Shown here one piece after another: positions 35,171 through 45,007 of a DNA stretch of 64,000 nt; position 1 is the first letter of the stretch; the number at the start of each line of letters is the position of its first letter. Source of the stretch: a virus; the IMG/VR virus record IMGVR_UViG_3300035211_000053, positions 2,481-66,480 of that record; one strand, 5' to 3'. The position numbers and the translations under genes were made by a program. The notes below the pieces were generated by a model. The model made no database searches and was not told where the DNA came from. It was given only the letters and a program-made list of their open reading frames with translations.

Positions 35171-36866
35171 GCTTCCTCGTCATTTCGTGGAGCGCCGCAG
35201 CCTCTTGACGTTGGAGCTCAGCTGCCTTCTGCTCGGCCGCCTCGCGCTCTTCGTCGATGGCATCGAGCTCGGCCTGCGTGTCGTCGACTCCGTAGTCTGG
35301 GGCCACCTTCTCGACGCCGGTCTTGTGCTGGATGAGCCGAGCCTCGACGGCCTTGATCGTGGAATCGACCTCGGCGGAGATTTCTTGCTGCGATGGGTCG
35401 AAGAATGCCCCCCATTTCGGGACAATTCTGTGCGGCTGCCACTCACCATCGACCATGAACGATGTTAGCAACGGCGCAACGCCTTCGGTTCCCGGCACGT
35501 TGACAGTCCCGCCGGTCTCCACGGCCACGGCAGTCATGCGCATCATCATGGAGATGAGGGCCTTGAGCCCTCGGGGCCACCATGTATGCCGGTACTCCTG
35601 GACCAGTGCGATCAGCGGGGCATGGGCCAGCGCCAGGAACTTGGCCGACATGTCGGCGCCGATCGTAACTCGGCCCACTGTGTCGCTCATGCTGGTCAGC
35701 ACGACACCCATCGACTCGAGAACCCGCGAGCGGATGTCGTCGACGTGCTTGGTCGCCACCTCGAAGGCTTTGCCGCTGGTCTCCAGCAGCTGGACGTTGA
35801 CGTCCTTGCCCTGGTAGGTCCAGACGTATTCAGGCCCGGTCTTGCGCTTTGTGCCGACGATGCCGTGAGGCGATGTGCCGCTGTACCCACCGGGCCCCGA
35901 CCGCGTCTCGGCGCCTGGGCCGTCTCCGTCCTCGACTCCTGTCTCTACGGGTTGAGGAGCCCCGAGATAAACGACACCCTGGTGACGCCGCGACAGCACC
36001 ATGTCCAGAGCCTCCAGGTCGCCCTCGAGGCCATCGTACAGGCTGACGCCGTCAATGCCCGTAGCTTCCTCTGACTCGTTTCTGACCCAGATTACAGGAC
36101 AGAAGTTCAGACCATGAGGCGCCGAGTCAGGACTGCCCCACGTCAGGGGTTGTCCGTCGGTCCGCGCTTCAACGTCCTGGTAGATGTGGACGTTGGTCGT
36201 GTCCCACTCGCGGCGAAACACGTACCGCGCTCGCTTCGCGCGCCCCTGATCGTCGGTGACTTCCTTGTCGAAGGCATACGACCAGACCAGCTTTTCGACA
36301 GGATTTTCTGGGTCGTTGTCGACGAACTGTGGATAGCAATCCTGTGGGCGTGGAATGGTGATCCGGAAATCACCACGCTTCAGCTCAAGGATCGCGACAC
36401 CAGTACGACGGGAGATCCCCATGCGCGCCAGTGCTCGAGCATTGGACTTCAGGTTGGCGCACTCGACGAGGTCATCGAGCCACGCCTCGAGCTGTTTGGC
36501 CTGCTCCTTGGTGAGCTCGCCCGGGGCTGGAACGAACGACTGAGGCTTCTTCTCGCCATCATCGTCGGTTTCGCTGTCGTCAGAGTCTGGCTCATCCGCG
36601 GGGACGGTCAACTTCGGGAACCGCTTGTCACCGAACAGGAAACGAACGACCTGATTGGTCGCCGCAGCAGCAAGCTTGTAGCGGATACATGGCTTGCGTT
36701 TGCGGAGCGGTACCGGCTCCTGCCCTTCCAGATGCACGCCAGACCACCAGTCCGGGCGGCCCTCGTACTGTTTGCCGTCGAAGATCTTGTCGAGATAGTC
36801 GATCTCCCGCCACCGGGACATCGTCGGCAGAAACTCTGGCTTGGCAAATGGGTCGAATGCGGGCAT
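35028..36866 (-). CDS. Portal protein
   Basis: 612 aa directly after TerL; HGLNFCPVIWVRN motif of SPP1 gp6-like portals. Confidence 0.88.
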   Translation of the reverse strand: MPAFDPFAKPEFLPTMSRWREIDYLDKIFDGKQYEGRPDWWSGVHLEGQEPVPLRKRKPCIRYKLAAAATNQVVRFLFGDKRFPKLTVPADEPDSDDSETDDDGEKKPQSFVPAPGELTKEQAKQLEAWLDDLVECANLKSNARALARMGISRRTGVAILELKRGDFRITIPRPQDCYPQFVDNDPENPVEKLVWSYAFDKEVTDDQGRAKRARYVFRREWDTTNVHIYQDVEARTDGQPLTWGSPDSAPHGLNFCPVIWVRNESEEATGIDGVSLYDGLEGDLEALDMVLSRRHQGVVYLGAPQPVETGVEDGDGPGAETRSGPGGYSGTSPHGIVGTKRKTGPEYVWTYQGKDVNVQLLETSGKAFEVATKHVDDIRSRVLESMGVVLTSMSDTVGRVTIGADMSAKFLALAHAPLIALVQEYRHTWWPRGLKALISMMMRMTAVAVETGGTVNVPGTEGVAPLLTSFMVDGEWQPHRIVPKWGAFFDPSQQEISAEVDSTIKAVEARLIQHKTGVEKVAPDYGVDDTQAELDAIDEEREAAEQKAAELQRQEAAALHEMTRKLGQADDSQGARSDMGARSGGNASAGGKPTGRAGGNDTGSGQPQPQGR

Positions 36867-36897
36867 GTCTCGGAAGGAGCCGAGCCTCGCTCGACTT

Positions 36898-38244
36898 TCA
36901 AACGAAGCGGCTGTCTTGGTGGACTCCGCCGCGCTTGCTTGCAGCTTTACCTAGGTGCGATAGGACCGCGTACCGGAGCGCGTCTTGTGCGTGGTTGTCC
37001 CTGTCGATGATATCCTCGGTGTACTGGTCCGGGTTCTGCGGGTCGGGCTTGCGCTTGTAGCTACCCATCTCCCAAATCAGCTTTCGGCACCGAGGGCTGA
37101 CGTACAGGTGGGCCTCGATGTTGTCATCGTTGACGGGCTGTTTGCGGATGAGCCGCGCAACCGCCATGATGCCGTCTGCGATCGAGTTGTTGACGTCCCG
37201 AAGGCGGGCCCCGGCCTTGCGTTGGAACGCCTTCAGCCGAGCTGGCTGCGATGGATCGCCGTAAAAGCTGTGGTTGGGGTACCAAGCAGTCCAGATGCGC
37301 AACTTGTCGCACCACCAGTCCTCAGTCTGATGCCGCTCGTAGACCTCATCAAGCACCCATACCGTCGCGTCTTGACCGTGGCCCAACACGCCGATTAGGA
37401 GCAGAACGCCCGGGTCCTCGTACCCGTGGTCGGCAGCTATCAGGATTTCGGTCCAGCGAACATCCGCTGGCGGCGGCCTGACGTGGAATCCCTCATCAAA
37501 CTCGCTGTAAACCAACCCCTCGGCTGCGTCGAAGTCGCACTCCCATTCACGTTTGAAGACCGCCTCTGGAGTGGTGCGCCGCGCGTCCTCGACCTCTTGC
37601 GCGTCTACAGTCTCCGGCGCATCGCGGTAGGTCGCGTGAATCGTGTGGTAGTTGGCGTTTTCAGGCTCCTGGCTCAGCCCCAGCTTGTGGTACTGGTAGA
37701 GAAGCCCCTTGCGGCCACGTCGTGGAGTCCCAACGATAATGAGGATCTTCAGCGACCATGGCTCAGAAAACCACGGCTTGGCCACCGAATACAACACCGA
37801 CGGGTCAATATCGTCTCCCTCATCGATGAGGAGCACGTCCGCCCGAAGCCCGAGGGCTCTGCGGCTCGACGCCTTGGCGGCAGCAAACGGCTGCATCCAG
37901 CCACCCCATGGAAACTCGATTCGGTAGGTGGTCTTGTCGAGTTTCCCACCGAGGAACGCCCAATCGTCGACGACTTCGTTGCGGATACCCTCGCCGTGCA
38001 CGTCCTTGAATTGCTTCAAGGTCGGCATGAACCACACGATGCGAATACCGTGAAACGGTCTCAGCGCCTCGTTCCGTGCAACACCCTGGTACTGCGACGT
38101 CAGTAGCCATGCAATGTTTCGCGCAAACCAGGACTTCCCAACCCCACGCCCCCACGGTAGACAGATGCGGTGGCCCGGCTCTATCAGCCGGAACGCCCTA
38201 CTCTGTGGACGGTTCAGGCGCAGCCGTATCGTCTGAGTCGTCAT
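36898..38244 (-). CDS. terL: Terminase large subunit
   Basis: Walker A GRGVGKS, Walker B LLIDE, coupling motif VGTP, nuclease motifs ADHGYEDP and HAQDALRY. Confidence 0.95.
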   Translation of the reverse strand: MTTQTIRLRLNRPQSRAFRLIEPGHRICLPWGRGVGKSWFARNIAWLLTSQYQGVARNEALRPFHGIRIVWFMPTLKQFKDVHGEGIRNEVVDDWAFLGGKLDKTTYRIEFPWGGWMQPFAAAKASSRRALGLRADVLLIDEGDDIDPSVLYSVAKPWFSEPWSLKILIIVGTPRRGRKGLLYQYHKLGLSQEPENANYHTIHATYRDAPETVDAQEVEDARRTTPEAVFKREWECDFDAAEGLVYSEFDEGFHVRPPPADVRWTEILIAADHGYEDPGVLLLIGVLGHGQDATVWVLDEVYERHQTEDWWCDKLRIWTAWYPNHSFYGDPSQPARLKAFQRKAGARLRDVNNSIADGIMAVARLIRKQPVNDDNIEAHLYVSPRCRKLIWEMGSYKRKPDPQNPDQYTEDIIDRDNHAQDALRYAVLSHLGKAASKRGGVHQDSRFV

Positions 38245-38650
38245 CGTCTATGGCCGCCACCTGGACGACCACCTGAGTGGGCTTCTCTTGTTTGTCTGCC
38301 TCCGCCTGGATCTTGCGGTGCAGCGTGAGCGCCTTGTAGGCAGCGACCACTTGCGCCGCGTACTGCGGGCGCGGGTCCTGCATCTCTAGCTCGTTGGCAT
38401 CATCGACACGGTCGCAACAGGTCTTGACCGTCTCGAGCATCATGCGCTCAACATCTTCCAGCGCACTCGCGTAGAGAGCTTTCCGGGCTTTCAGGAAAGC
38501 CTCGTCTTTGTGTGCCCTCTGAGCAAGATCCCAACCGGTAGCAACCGGTATGCCGACTTTACGGGCGGCGGCAGATGCATTCCCGCTTAGAAGATACTCG
38601 GCACGGAATCTTGCTTCGGTCTCCTGTGGGGTCTTGCTGCCGTGTGGCAT
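38198..38650 (-). CDS. terS: Terminase small subunit
   Basis: N-terminal HTH SGNASAAARKVGIP; directly upstream of TerL. Confidence 0.8.
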   Translation of the reverse strand: MPHGSKTPQETEARFRAEYLLSGNASAAARKVGIPVATGWDLAQRAHKDEAFLKARKALYASALEDVERMMLETVKTCCDRVDDANELEMQDPRPQYAAQVVAAYKALTLHRKIQAEADKQEKPTQVVVQVAAIDDDDSDDTAAPEPSTE

Positions 38651-38728
38651 CGTGTCACCTCGCACCCTAACGCCCGTTGACCGGCGGCGGCCCGTGGGTG
38701 TGGAGCGACAGCGTCTGCTGTCTGGTTT

Positions 38729-38884
38729 TTACTTCCCCTTAGCCTTACGGCGTCGGGTTGGTCTTGACTTGCCCGCCTTGTCGAGCGCTCTGGCGACCGC
38801 CTGTTTCTGCGGGACGCCTTCACCTCGTAGCATGCGGATGTTGGCGGAGATGGTCTTGGGGCTACCGCCGCGTCGGAGGGGCAT
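38729..38884 (-). CDS. Small basic phage protein (51 aa)
   Basis: [34 protein letters not shown]..., a pattern commonly seen near terminase genes; TGATG-coupled. Confidence 0.75.
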   Translation of the reverse strand: MPLRRGGSPKTISANIRMLRGEGVPQKQAVARALDKAGKSRPTRRRKAKGK

Positions 38885-39357
38885 CAGTCCCAACTCCAGA
38901 CGGGCACGACGTCACTAGGGTGGCACAAGCGATTACATCGTGCACACATGCGTTTGGTGAGCGCCCCGATGGTCAGGGCCTCAAGACCACGCGCACATCG
39001 TCTGCAAAGCCAGATTACACCTTTCTGAGGCGCCATTTCTTGGTCGTCCAGCGTAATATCCCCAGTTACTGGGTGGTTCGCCCAATCCTGCCATCCAGTG
39101 TCCGGTACATGTTCGGCGGTTCCCGTAGTGGTGGCTGGCCTGGCATCGGTCTGCAACGCGGCCTCCAGCTTGTCGCCGATAATTTTCGCGGTATCGTCAG
39201 GGGCGACGGCGATGGTCACGGTTTTGTCGCCGTATTGCACTGTACACCGCCGGACAGGCTTAAATGGCTTAACCAGCTTCGGAAACCGCAGCCCTCTCCA
39301 GGTGGGCAATCCCTTCAGCCTCTCGATCTCAGCCATGAATGCAGCGCCGCGCATCAT
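38884..39357 (-). CDS. Hypothetical protein with C-terminal Zn finger
   Basis: CRRC...CARC; ATGA-coupled. Confidence 0.6.
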   Translation of the reverse strand: MMRGAAFMAEIERLKGLPTWRGLRFPKLVKPFKPVRRCTVQYGDKTVTIAVAPDDTAKIIGDKLEAALQTDARPATTTGTAEHVPDTGWQDWANHPVTGDITLDDQEMAPQKGVIWLCRRCARGLEALTIGALTKRMCARCNRLCHPSDVVPVWSWD

Positions 39358-39617
39358 GACCTATTGTGGATCGGGCATCCATCGGTTGCCAAGCCCAGGC
39401 ACTCGCAACCGACGTGGTCGTCGATGGTTGCCGTGGTGGCTGGCTTGGGGTCCGTCCGCACCGCGCGCTTTGCCCGTTCGTGTCGTGACATATGCGACAG
39501 GGTGGTAACGTCGATGATTCGACGGCGTTTTTTTGGGGCTTGCGGACTAGCCATCGGGCTCTGGTCCTGCATGGTCATCTGACTACGTACGGGGGCCTGT
39601 CCCTCGGTGGCGCTCAT
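39354..39617 (-). CDS. Hypothetical protein
   Basis: CxC...CPIH C-terminus; coupled at both ends. Confidence 0.55.
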   Translation of the reverse strand: MSATEGQAPVRSQMTMQDQSPMASPQAPKKRRRIIDVTTLSHMSRHERAKRAVRTDPKPATTATIDDHVGCECLGLATDGCPIHNRS

Positions 39618-39844
39618 TGGCCGTCTGTGGCGCTCTGCTCAGATTCTCGTAGCTGCATGAGCAGATCTGGCCACACAGCCAGGAGCCGTGCCGGCGTCGT
39701 GTAGATGTGGGCCTGACGCTTACCTGCACTACCGGGCCGACGCATTGCTGCACCCGACTCAACAAGCCAACGCCGGGCGGTCCGGATACTCACTCCCACC
39801 ATGTCAGCAATCATGCGAGGTGTGTATATGCTACTTCGTCGCAT
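39614..39844 (-). CDS. Small HTH DNA-binding protein (MerR/Xis-like)
   Basis: YTPRMIADMVGVSIRTARRWL. Confidence 0.7.
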   Translation of the reverse strand: MRRSSIYTPRMIADMVGVSIRTARRWLVESGAAMRRPGSAGKRQAHIYTTPARLLAVWPDLLMQLRESEQSATDGQ

Positions 39845-40664
39845 TCCAGGCATCCACCAGCTCCTTGTGCATTCGTGTCGCCTCGGCCAGTGCCTGGGCC
39901 ATCAGGGCCATGATCCCTGGCACAGTGGACGTTAGGCTGGCCTCAAGGGCAACACGTGGCTGACGCCCGCGGCAGAGTTTCCGCCCAGCCTCCGTCAATG
40001 GGTAGAGCGCCATGATTGCCCTGCCCTGCGCTGCCCAACGTAATCCCTCGTCACAGTGCATGGCCTGGATAATCACTGACCCACCCGGCAAGCGCTCTTC
40101 GAGCCTGGCGATCCGCCGGCTGATGCGGGCAGCACGCTGCATGGTCGAGTCGTCGACGACGGCGCCGACGCTGTGGGCCTCGGCCCCCGACTCGAAAGCA
40201 GGCGTCGACGTCACGTAACCGGCGCCCCCGCAGCGGTAGCAGGTCTCGCCATATTCGTCTTCTCCAAAGCCTTTGCACTTGTAGCAGACCTTGTAGCCGC
40301 TGCGGGTCGGGGTTCTGCGCGCTGGCCTGATCTCGAGGTGACCAGTTCCTTTGCAGGTCCGGCATTCATTCGTCAGATAGTGCTTGCCTGACTTGTCCTT
40401 CGGATCCGTCCAGTAGACCGATCGATGGCGTTCCCCTGTCTTGTCTTCCCAGGTTTCCACGTGGCAATTCATGCCCCACAGTATTCCGTCGGTGCAATCC
40501 TCATTCGGACACGGTTTGGCCTTCAGCGAGAACATGCGCAGATGATCCAGCATTGGGCCACAGGTCGACCGCGCAAATCTGCAGGCGCCTGGACCGAAGT
40601 ACCAGTTCAGTTCTATCTGGTCACTCAGCGGTAACACCAATGACGCCAGCACGAGCGCGTTCAT
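39831..40664 (-). CDS. DnaJ-type Zn-finger protein, probable late regulator (Q-like position)
   Basis: CRTCKGTG, CYKCKGFG, CYRCGGAG; located just before the packaging module. Confidence 0.6.
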   Translation of the reverse strand: MNALVLASLVLPLSDQIELNWYFGPGACRFARSTCGPMLDHLRMFSLKAKPCPNEDCTDGILWGMNCHVETWEDKTGERHRSVYWTDPKDKSGKHYLTNECRTCKGTGHLEIRPARRTPTRSGYKVCYKCKGFGEDEYGETCYRCGGAGYVTSTPAFESGAEAHSVGAVVDDSTMQRAARISRRIARLEERLPGGSVIIQAMHCDEGLRWAAQGRAIMALYPLTEAGRKLCRGRQPRVALEASLTSTVPGIMALMAQALAEATRMHKELVDAWNATK

Positions 40665-40852
40665 CCGAATAGCCTTTCGTCTGGCAACTCAGGACGTGGC
40701 ATCCAGCGCGTCACCCGTTCCGGGTACCGTGGGATCCACCTCACGCCGTTCCATGAGCGCACTTCGATCCAGCGATGGCCGAAGTTTTCGACAACCACCA
40801 GGTAGTAGTCCTCGGCCATGGGCGACGTGGTGATAGCGGTCCAGTTGCTCAT
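40661..40852 (-). CDS. DUF551-like protein
   Basis: MSNW...P...YLV...VTRWMPRPELP. Confidence 0.75.
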   Translation of the reverse strand: MSNWTAITTSPMAEDYYLVVVENFGHRWIEVRSWNGVRWIPRYPERVTRWMPRPELPDERLFG

Positions 40853-41049
40853 TCGTCGTTCCTCAGTGATTCGATGATGGCAGCGTAGTTGACGTACTCA
40901 TCCCTGTGCAGGTGGGCGTCAATGATGGCTTCGCGCTCAGCTTGCACCTCTGGGCTGTAGCCAATCCTCCAAGTGTCTCTGTGGAATGGCTCGCGCCGAT
41001 TCGGATCCAGCCTTTCGGTGTAGCAGATCATGCGGTATTCAGACGCCAT
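40849..41049 (-). CDS. Hypothetical protein
   Basis: 66-aa ORF coupled to the next gene. Confidence 0.55.
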   Translation of the reverse strand: MASEYRMICYTERLDPNRREPFHRDTWRIGYSPEVQAEREAIIDAHLHRDEYVNYAAIIESLRNDE

Positions 41050-41098
41050 GCTTCGTGCATTCAGCTTTCAGGTGCATTGCTCGCGCCCTGGCCAGTTT

Positions 41099-41662
41099 TC
41101 ATGGTATCATCACTACAATTCCTTGCTCCAGCTCCTCAGGCTCAGCTGGGGCGACGTCTGTGTTCTCTGGCTTAGCCTTGGGCTCAGGCTCGGCAGCAAC
41201 CGGAGTCTCCTCGACGAAGTACACCTTCCCACGCTTTTGCCCGCGGCTCTTCACGTGGCCCTGCTTCTCCAGGTAGGCCAGCGCCTTGCTCACGTCTGCG
41301 GTGGAGCGCGCAGTGGCCTCGGCGAGTGCCCGGCAGCTCATCACATCACCGGGTTGTTTGCGGAGCTCGGCCCACACGTCAGCTGCCAACTCTCGGGCCT
41401 CGGCGGCGCTGATGGCGGCCGGCTTCCCGGCTGCTACGCCCCTTGGCTTCGCCTTCTGTAGTCCGGCCCCCCGCCCTTTCTTCGGCGCCGGTGCCCCACC
41501 AGCGGGAGGATGCTGGTCCGTGAACAGTGGGTCCAGCTCCTCGGCCTGCGCTCGCAGCTCAGTGGCCATCCGCTCGTAGTCGGCGGCCTGGTCACGGGCG
41601 GCGGCCGCCATGGCTTTGCGCATTGTTTCGGACCAAATTGTTGTGTCGATCTTCGTTGTCAT
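41099..41662 (-). CDS. Winged-helix DNA-binding protein
   Basis: SCRALAEAT..STADVSKALAYLEKQGHVKSRGQKRGKVYF. Confidence 0.7.
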   Translation of the reverse strand: MTTKIDTTIWSETMRKAMAAAARDQAADYERMATELRAQAEELDPLFTDQHPPAGGAPAPKKGRGAGLQKAKPRGVAAGKPAAISAAEARELAADVWAELRKQPGDVMSCRALAEATARSTADVSKALAYLEKQGHVKSRGQKRGKVYFVEETPVAAEPEPKAKPENTDVAPAEPEELEQGIVVMIP

Positions 41663-42018
41663 GTCTTCCTCACAATCTCCCAGTCGGTGGCATTAACCAT
41701 GTCGGCCAGATTTCGGATCACTTCGCGGAGGGCGTCGCGCTCGGCGCGCAGCTCGTCACGTTCAGCACACAGGTGTGTGATCTCAGGACCGCGCCAAGCT
41801 AATACCGTCCGTTCCAATTCCTTGACGCGCTCGCGCAGCACGTCGCGCTCTTTCCTTACCTCCACACCTCGCTCCTGTTCCTTCCCGAGTACTCTCGTCA
41901 GCTCCTCCAACCCCTGTTTCAGCTGCTGGTGTTCTGTGTTCATGTCCTCCCACTGCACGAGGACTCCGGTCTCGGACTCGCGAAGCTTCAGCTCGGGCTC
42001 ATATCGCTTGATCGTCAT
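41659..42018 (-). CDS. Coiled-coil hypothetical protein
   Basis: IKRYEP...G.LVQWED followed by heptads. Confidence 0.7.
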   Translation of the reverse strand: MTIKRYEPELKLRESETGVLVQWEDMNTEHQQLKQGLEELTRVLGKEQERGVEVRKERDVLRERVKELERTVLAWRGPEITHLCAERDELRAERDALREVIRNLADMVNATDWEIVRKT

Positions 42019-42036
42019 CTGCTGTTTCCTTCGTTA

Positions 42037-42717
42037 TCACACCCTGAATTCCCGCTCCAGCACGTGGAGCATTGCCTGTAGCGATTCAATTCGCGTCTCG
42101 AGGTACGGCTGCTCTCTCCCGACAGCGACTCGGAGTAGGTCAGTGTCCTGCGCGATGCTCTGACGCAGCTGCCTGGCAGCTCCCCGAATGATGCGCCATG
42201 CTGCCCTGCTTGACAGCTTGCTGCCCTCTCGCCGATCATCGTCGTTCCTCTTCTCTCGTCTCATCCGCTCCACAGCCTTCACACCAGCGTTCTCCGTCTC
42301 CGGGAACAGGCGCCGGCCTTCGCCTTCGCCCCATTCCTCTGCAACACGGCGGCTCATGACATCGAGCCAGCCGTCTGGGTCTGTCCAATTCTGAATGCGT
42401 TGTTTTGCAATGACTGTGCAATAGGCCCGCATCGCCTTGTCCCGCTCCTCCATCAGCTGAGCATTCGTGGCCACCGCCCATTGCTCGGCGTGTTTCTGTG
42501 CTTGGATGGCCTCGTCCCGCTGCGTGAGGGCCTGGTCACGCTCAGCCTCCATCCTGCTCACCTCGTCCCGTGTCAGCCTGGCGTTGTCGGCGGCGAGTTC
42601 GCGAATTCGGCCAGCCACAGCGCAGTAGCTGACCATCGGGGTATGGACTGGTCCAGCTGCACGGTCTATTCCGGCAGCTAGGATTTCGAAAGCTTTCATC
42701 AGTGTCGCGTCATCCAC
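42037..42717 (-). CDS. Coiled-coil hypothetical protein
   Basis: GTG start (VDDATL); WGEGEGRRLFPE motif shared with 56300..57190. Confidence 0.65.
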   Translation of the reverse strand: MDDATLMKAFEILAAGIDRAAGPVHTPMVSYCAVAGRIRELAADNARLTRDEVSRMEAERDQALTQRDEAIQAQKHAEQWAVATNAQLMEERDKAMRAYCTVIAKQRIQNWTDPDGWLDVMSRRVAEEWGEGEGRRLFPETENAGVKAVERMRREKRNDDDRREGSKLSSRAAWRIIRGAARQLRQSIAQDTDLLRVAVGREQPYLETRIESLQAMLHVLEREFRV

Positions 42718-43840
42718 TGTCCACCTCGATTCCGAGCGCGGCGAGGTCGTCCTCGTTGAACACCGGGCACTCAAAGTCTGTCAGCACTTCCTTGACAGCT
42801 ACCCGCACCTTCTCTGCCAATTCGGCGCTGAGCACGACCTCGCCTTTAAGGGCAATCTGCTCGCCCTCGCGGAGCTCGACCATGTGCACGATGCCGTCGT
42901 GATCTCCGGTCTCAGCAAACGGGAACTTGAGAGACACATGCGGGTGACTGGGGCCCGCCATGAACGGGGTCCCGGTGCCGTTGAAGCCCACCCACGCCTC
43001 CCGCCGCTTAGGCTTCGGCGCCGCGGGCGGGCAGCCAACACCGTGTGCTCGGTCCCAATTCTCGGCGTCTTTCGCGTCGGCCGCGACCTCAGCGTCGATC
43101 TCTGGATCCGGATGGTACCCGTGGACAACAATGTGCCAGTCGGTGGCTTTGAACTCTTCTGGACTCGGGTTCCACTCGCTCGCTGAGCACCCAATCCCTG
43201 CCACGCGGATCCCTACCCCGGTCAATGTCAACATCGGGCTGCCCCTCCTGGACACCTCTCTACCATGCTCCAGTGCCCCCAGGGCCTCCATCCACGTCAG
43301 ATTAGTGGTCTTGGGTTTCATGTCTGGCCCCGCACACCCCGCCTGGCTCAGCGGATGTCCCGGGGGCCGCACAAGGTCGGCTGCGTCGCGGGCGCATACG
43401 CTATCTGAGCAGTCGCGGTGTTCGCCCCACCCACAAGCCTGTCGCTCTTGCGAGACCTGCGACCTCATCAGCTCATCAGCCAGGTCACGCAAGCCGTTAC
43501 TGTCCAAGAGACCCGCATGCCAACCATGCACAGCCCTTGCCAGCAGTCTGTAGATGTCGCGGGCTCTGGTCGCGTTGTCCAGTTCTAGGCGTAGCCGGTC
43601 GTGCTCCTCGGTGTGCTGCTGGTCCGGCTTCAGTATGCTGTCAGCGGATGAAACTGTCGTGCCGTACTCCTCAAGCCCATGGACCTGGCTGGCCCGCTTC
43701 AGCTCCTCGACGTCAGCCGTGAGCTCCTGGAACAGCGTGACGCAATGCTCCAGGGCAGCAGTGACATGAGGGCTCACTGAAACGTTATTGGCCAGCTGCA
43801 CTAGACGCATGATGCGCTCGATTCGTTCGCTCGGTTTCAC
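42710..43840 (-). CDS. Mosaic hypothetical protein
   Basis: 376 aa; internal WMEALGALEHGREVSR...WNPSPEEFKATDWHIV segment resembling DUF2829/MW1434-like domains. Confidence 0.65.
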   Translation of the reverse strand: MKPSERIERIMRLVQLANNVSVSPHVTAALEHCVTLFQELTADVEELKRASQVHGLEEYGTTVSSADSILKPDQQHTEEHDRLRLELDNATRARDIYRLLARAVHGWHAGLLDSNGLRDLADELMRSQVSQERQACGWGEHRDCSDSVCARDAADLVRPPGHPLSQAGCAGPDMKPKTTNLTWMEALGALEHGREVSRRGSPMLTLTGVGIRVAGIGCSASEWNPSPEEFKATDWHIVVHGYHPDPEIDAEVAADAKDAENWDRAHGVGCPPAAPKPKRREAWVGFNGTGTPFMAGPSHPHVSLKFPFAETGDHDGIVHMVELREGEQIALKGEVVLSAELAEKVRVAVKEVLTDFECPVFNEDDLAALGIEVDSG

Positions 43841-44676
43841 TTCGTCACCTGTCCTGTGCTAGACTCACACTTCACGTGGCCCGGCACACTCCGGGACGTC
43901 ACCTCCGGGTATGCATCAGCCAGTTCCTTCGCTGCGGAGTCCAGTTGGCTTGTGTTGCTACATTGCTGCATGGCCCAGTAGCACCGCCGGAGTAGCTCGA
44001 CGTTTACCGCTGGCGTCGCTGGGCCGTCAAGATCCGAAAGGCGAACCCACGAGCATCCCGGGAGCGGTGGCATACTGAGTTCATTGCTACGCCACAGGGA
44101 AAACCTGCCGTCACGCTCTCGAATCAGGTAGTCGCCACTGGCAGGCACAGGGCCGGTTTTCCAGATGGCCTTCGGCTGCTGCGCGCCGAGGCCCGTCTCA
44201 TTCCGGTCGCGCCGCATCTCCTCAATCGTGGTCTTCAGCCGGAAGATTGTGCTCTGAGCCTCCGCCGGCGTAGCGCAGTCAGTCGCTTCCTTCCAAAACG
44301 CGTGCGCAGTTTTCAGCCGAAGGCGTTGCCTCCGCTCCTCGGCGACCCGTGCCTCCAGCCGTCCGATCTTCTCGGCGGCCTCCGCGGGGACGTCGCAGCC
44401 GGTGGCGTGTTGCCAGAGTTTGTCCCGTCTTGCCTCCGCTGAACGCGCGCGTCGGTCCAGGCACTCACGTTCAAGGGCAACCCAGGATGGGAGCGAGACC
44501 TCTGCCCCTGGACGCGCTGCACCCGGCTTCTCGACGGCCAGCGCGCGGATGCGGGTGGCGATGCGCCTGATTTCTTCCGCCTTCGGTTCCGGGTTGTCGT
44601 CGAACATCATCAGTTCGGCGAATGCCATTGCCTCAATTTTCATCGCCTCAAGTTCGATCAGCGTTGCGTCATCCAT
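43837..44676 (-). CDS. Hypothetical protein with internal W-x2-AT-x-C-x2-PAEA repeat
   Basis: Start MDDATL; WQHATGCDVPAEA and WKEATDCATPAEA. Confidence 0.65.
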   Translation of the reverse strand: MDDATLIELEAMKIEAMAFAELMMFDDNPEPKAEEIRRIATRIRALAVEKPGAARPGAEVSLPSWVALERECLDRRARSAEARRDKLWQHATGCDVPAEAAEKIGRLEARVAEERRQRLRLKTAHAFWKEATDCATPAEAQSTIFRLKTTIEEMRRDRNETGLGAQQPKAIWKTGPVPASGDYLIRERDGRFSLWRSNELSMPPLPGCSWVRLSDLDGPATPAVNVELLRRCYWAMQQCSNTSQLDSAAKELADAYPEVTSRSVPGHVKCESSTGQVTK

Positions 44677-44677
44677 C

Positions 44678-45007
44678 TCAGTACTCCGATGAGCAGAGGA
44701 AGCGCCTACCGTGGTTTGCGGCCCACTCCTGGCACGTTCTCGTGTGTCGGAGCCCAACCTCGCCCCATTCCCCATCTGTGTCGATTATCGACAGCTCGTC
44801 CGTGTCAGGACGCTGGCGCCATTCCTTGTCCTGGTGGTCCGACAACGGCTCTCCCGTCTGCTCGAGCCAGACCAGCATCGCGTCCTCGGCAGACCTGGCG
44901 ACCACCATGTCGATTCCGTCGTCGTCTGTGAATACATGCAGTTCGTCCATCACTGGTCTCCTCCACGGGCTCGCCGGCACGACGCGCAGGCGGTACGGGC
45001 GGGTCAT
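44678..45007 (-). CDS. Hypothetical acidic protein
   Basis: ATGA-coupled start at 45007 or GGAGG-led start at 44950; C-terminal FLCSSEY. Confidence 0.65.
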   Translation of the reverse strand: MTRPYRLRVVPASPWRRPVMDELHVFTDDDGIDMVVARSAEDAMLVWLEQTGEPLSDHQDKEWRQRPDTDELSIIDTDGEWGEVGLRHTRTCQEWAANHGRRFLCSSEY

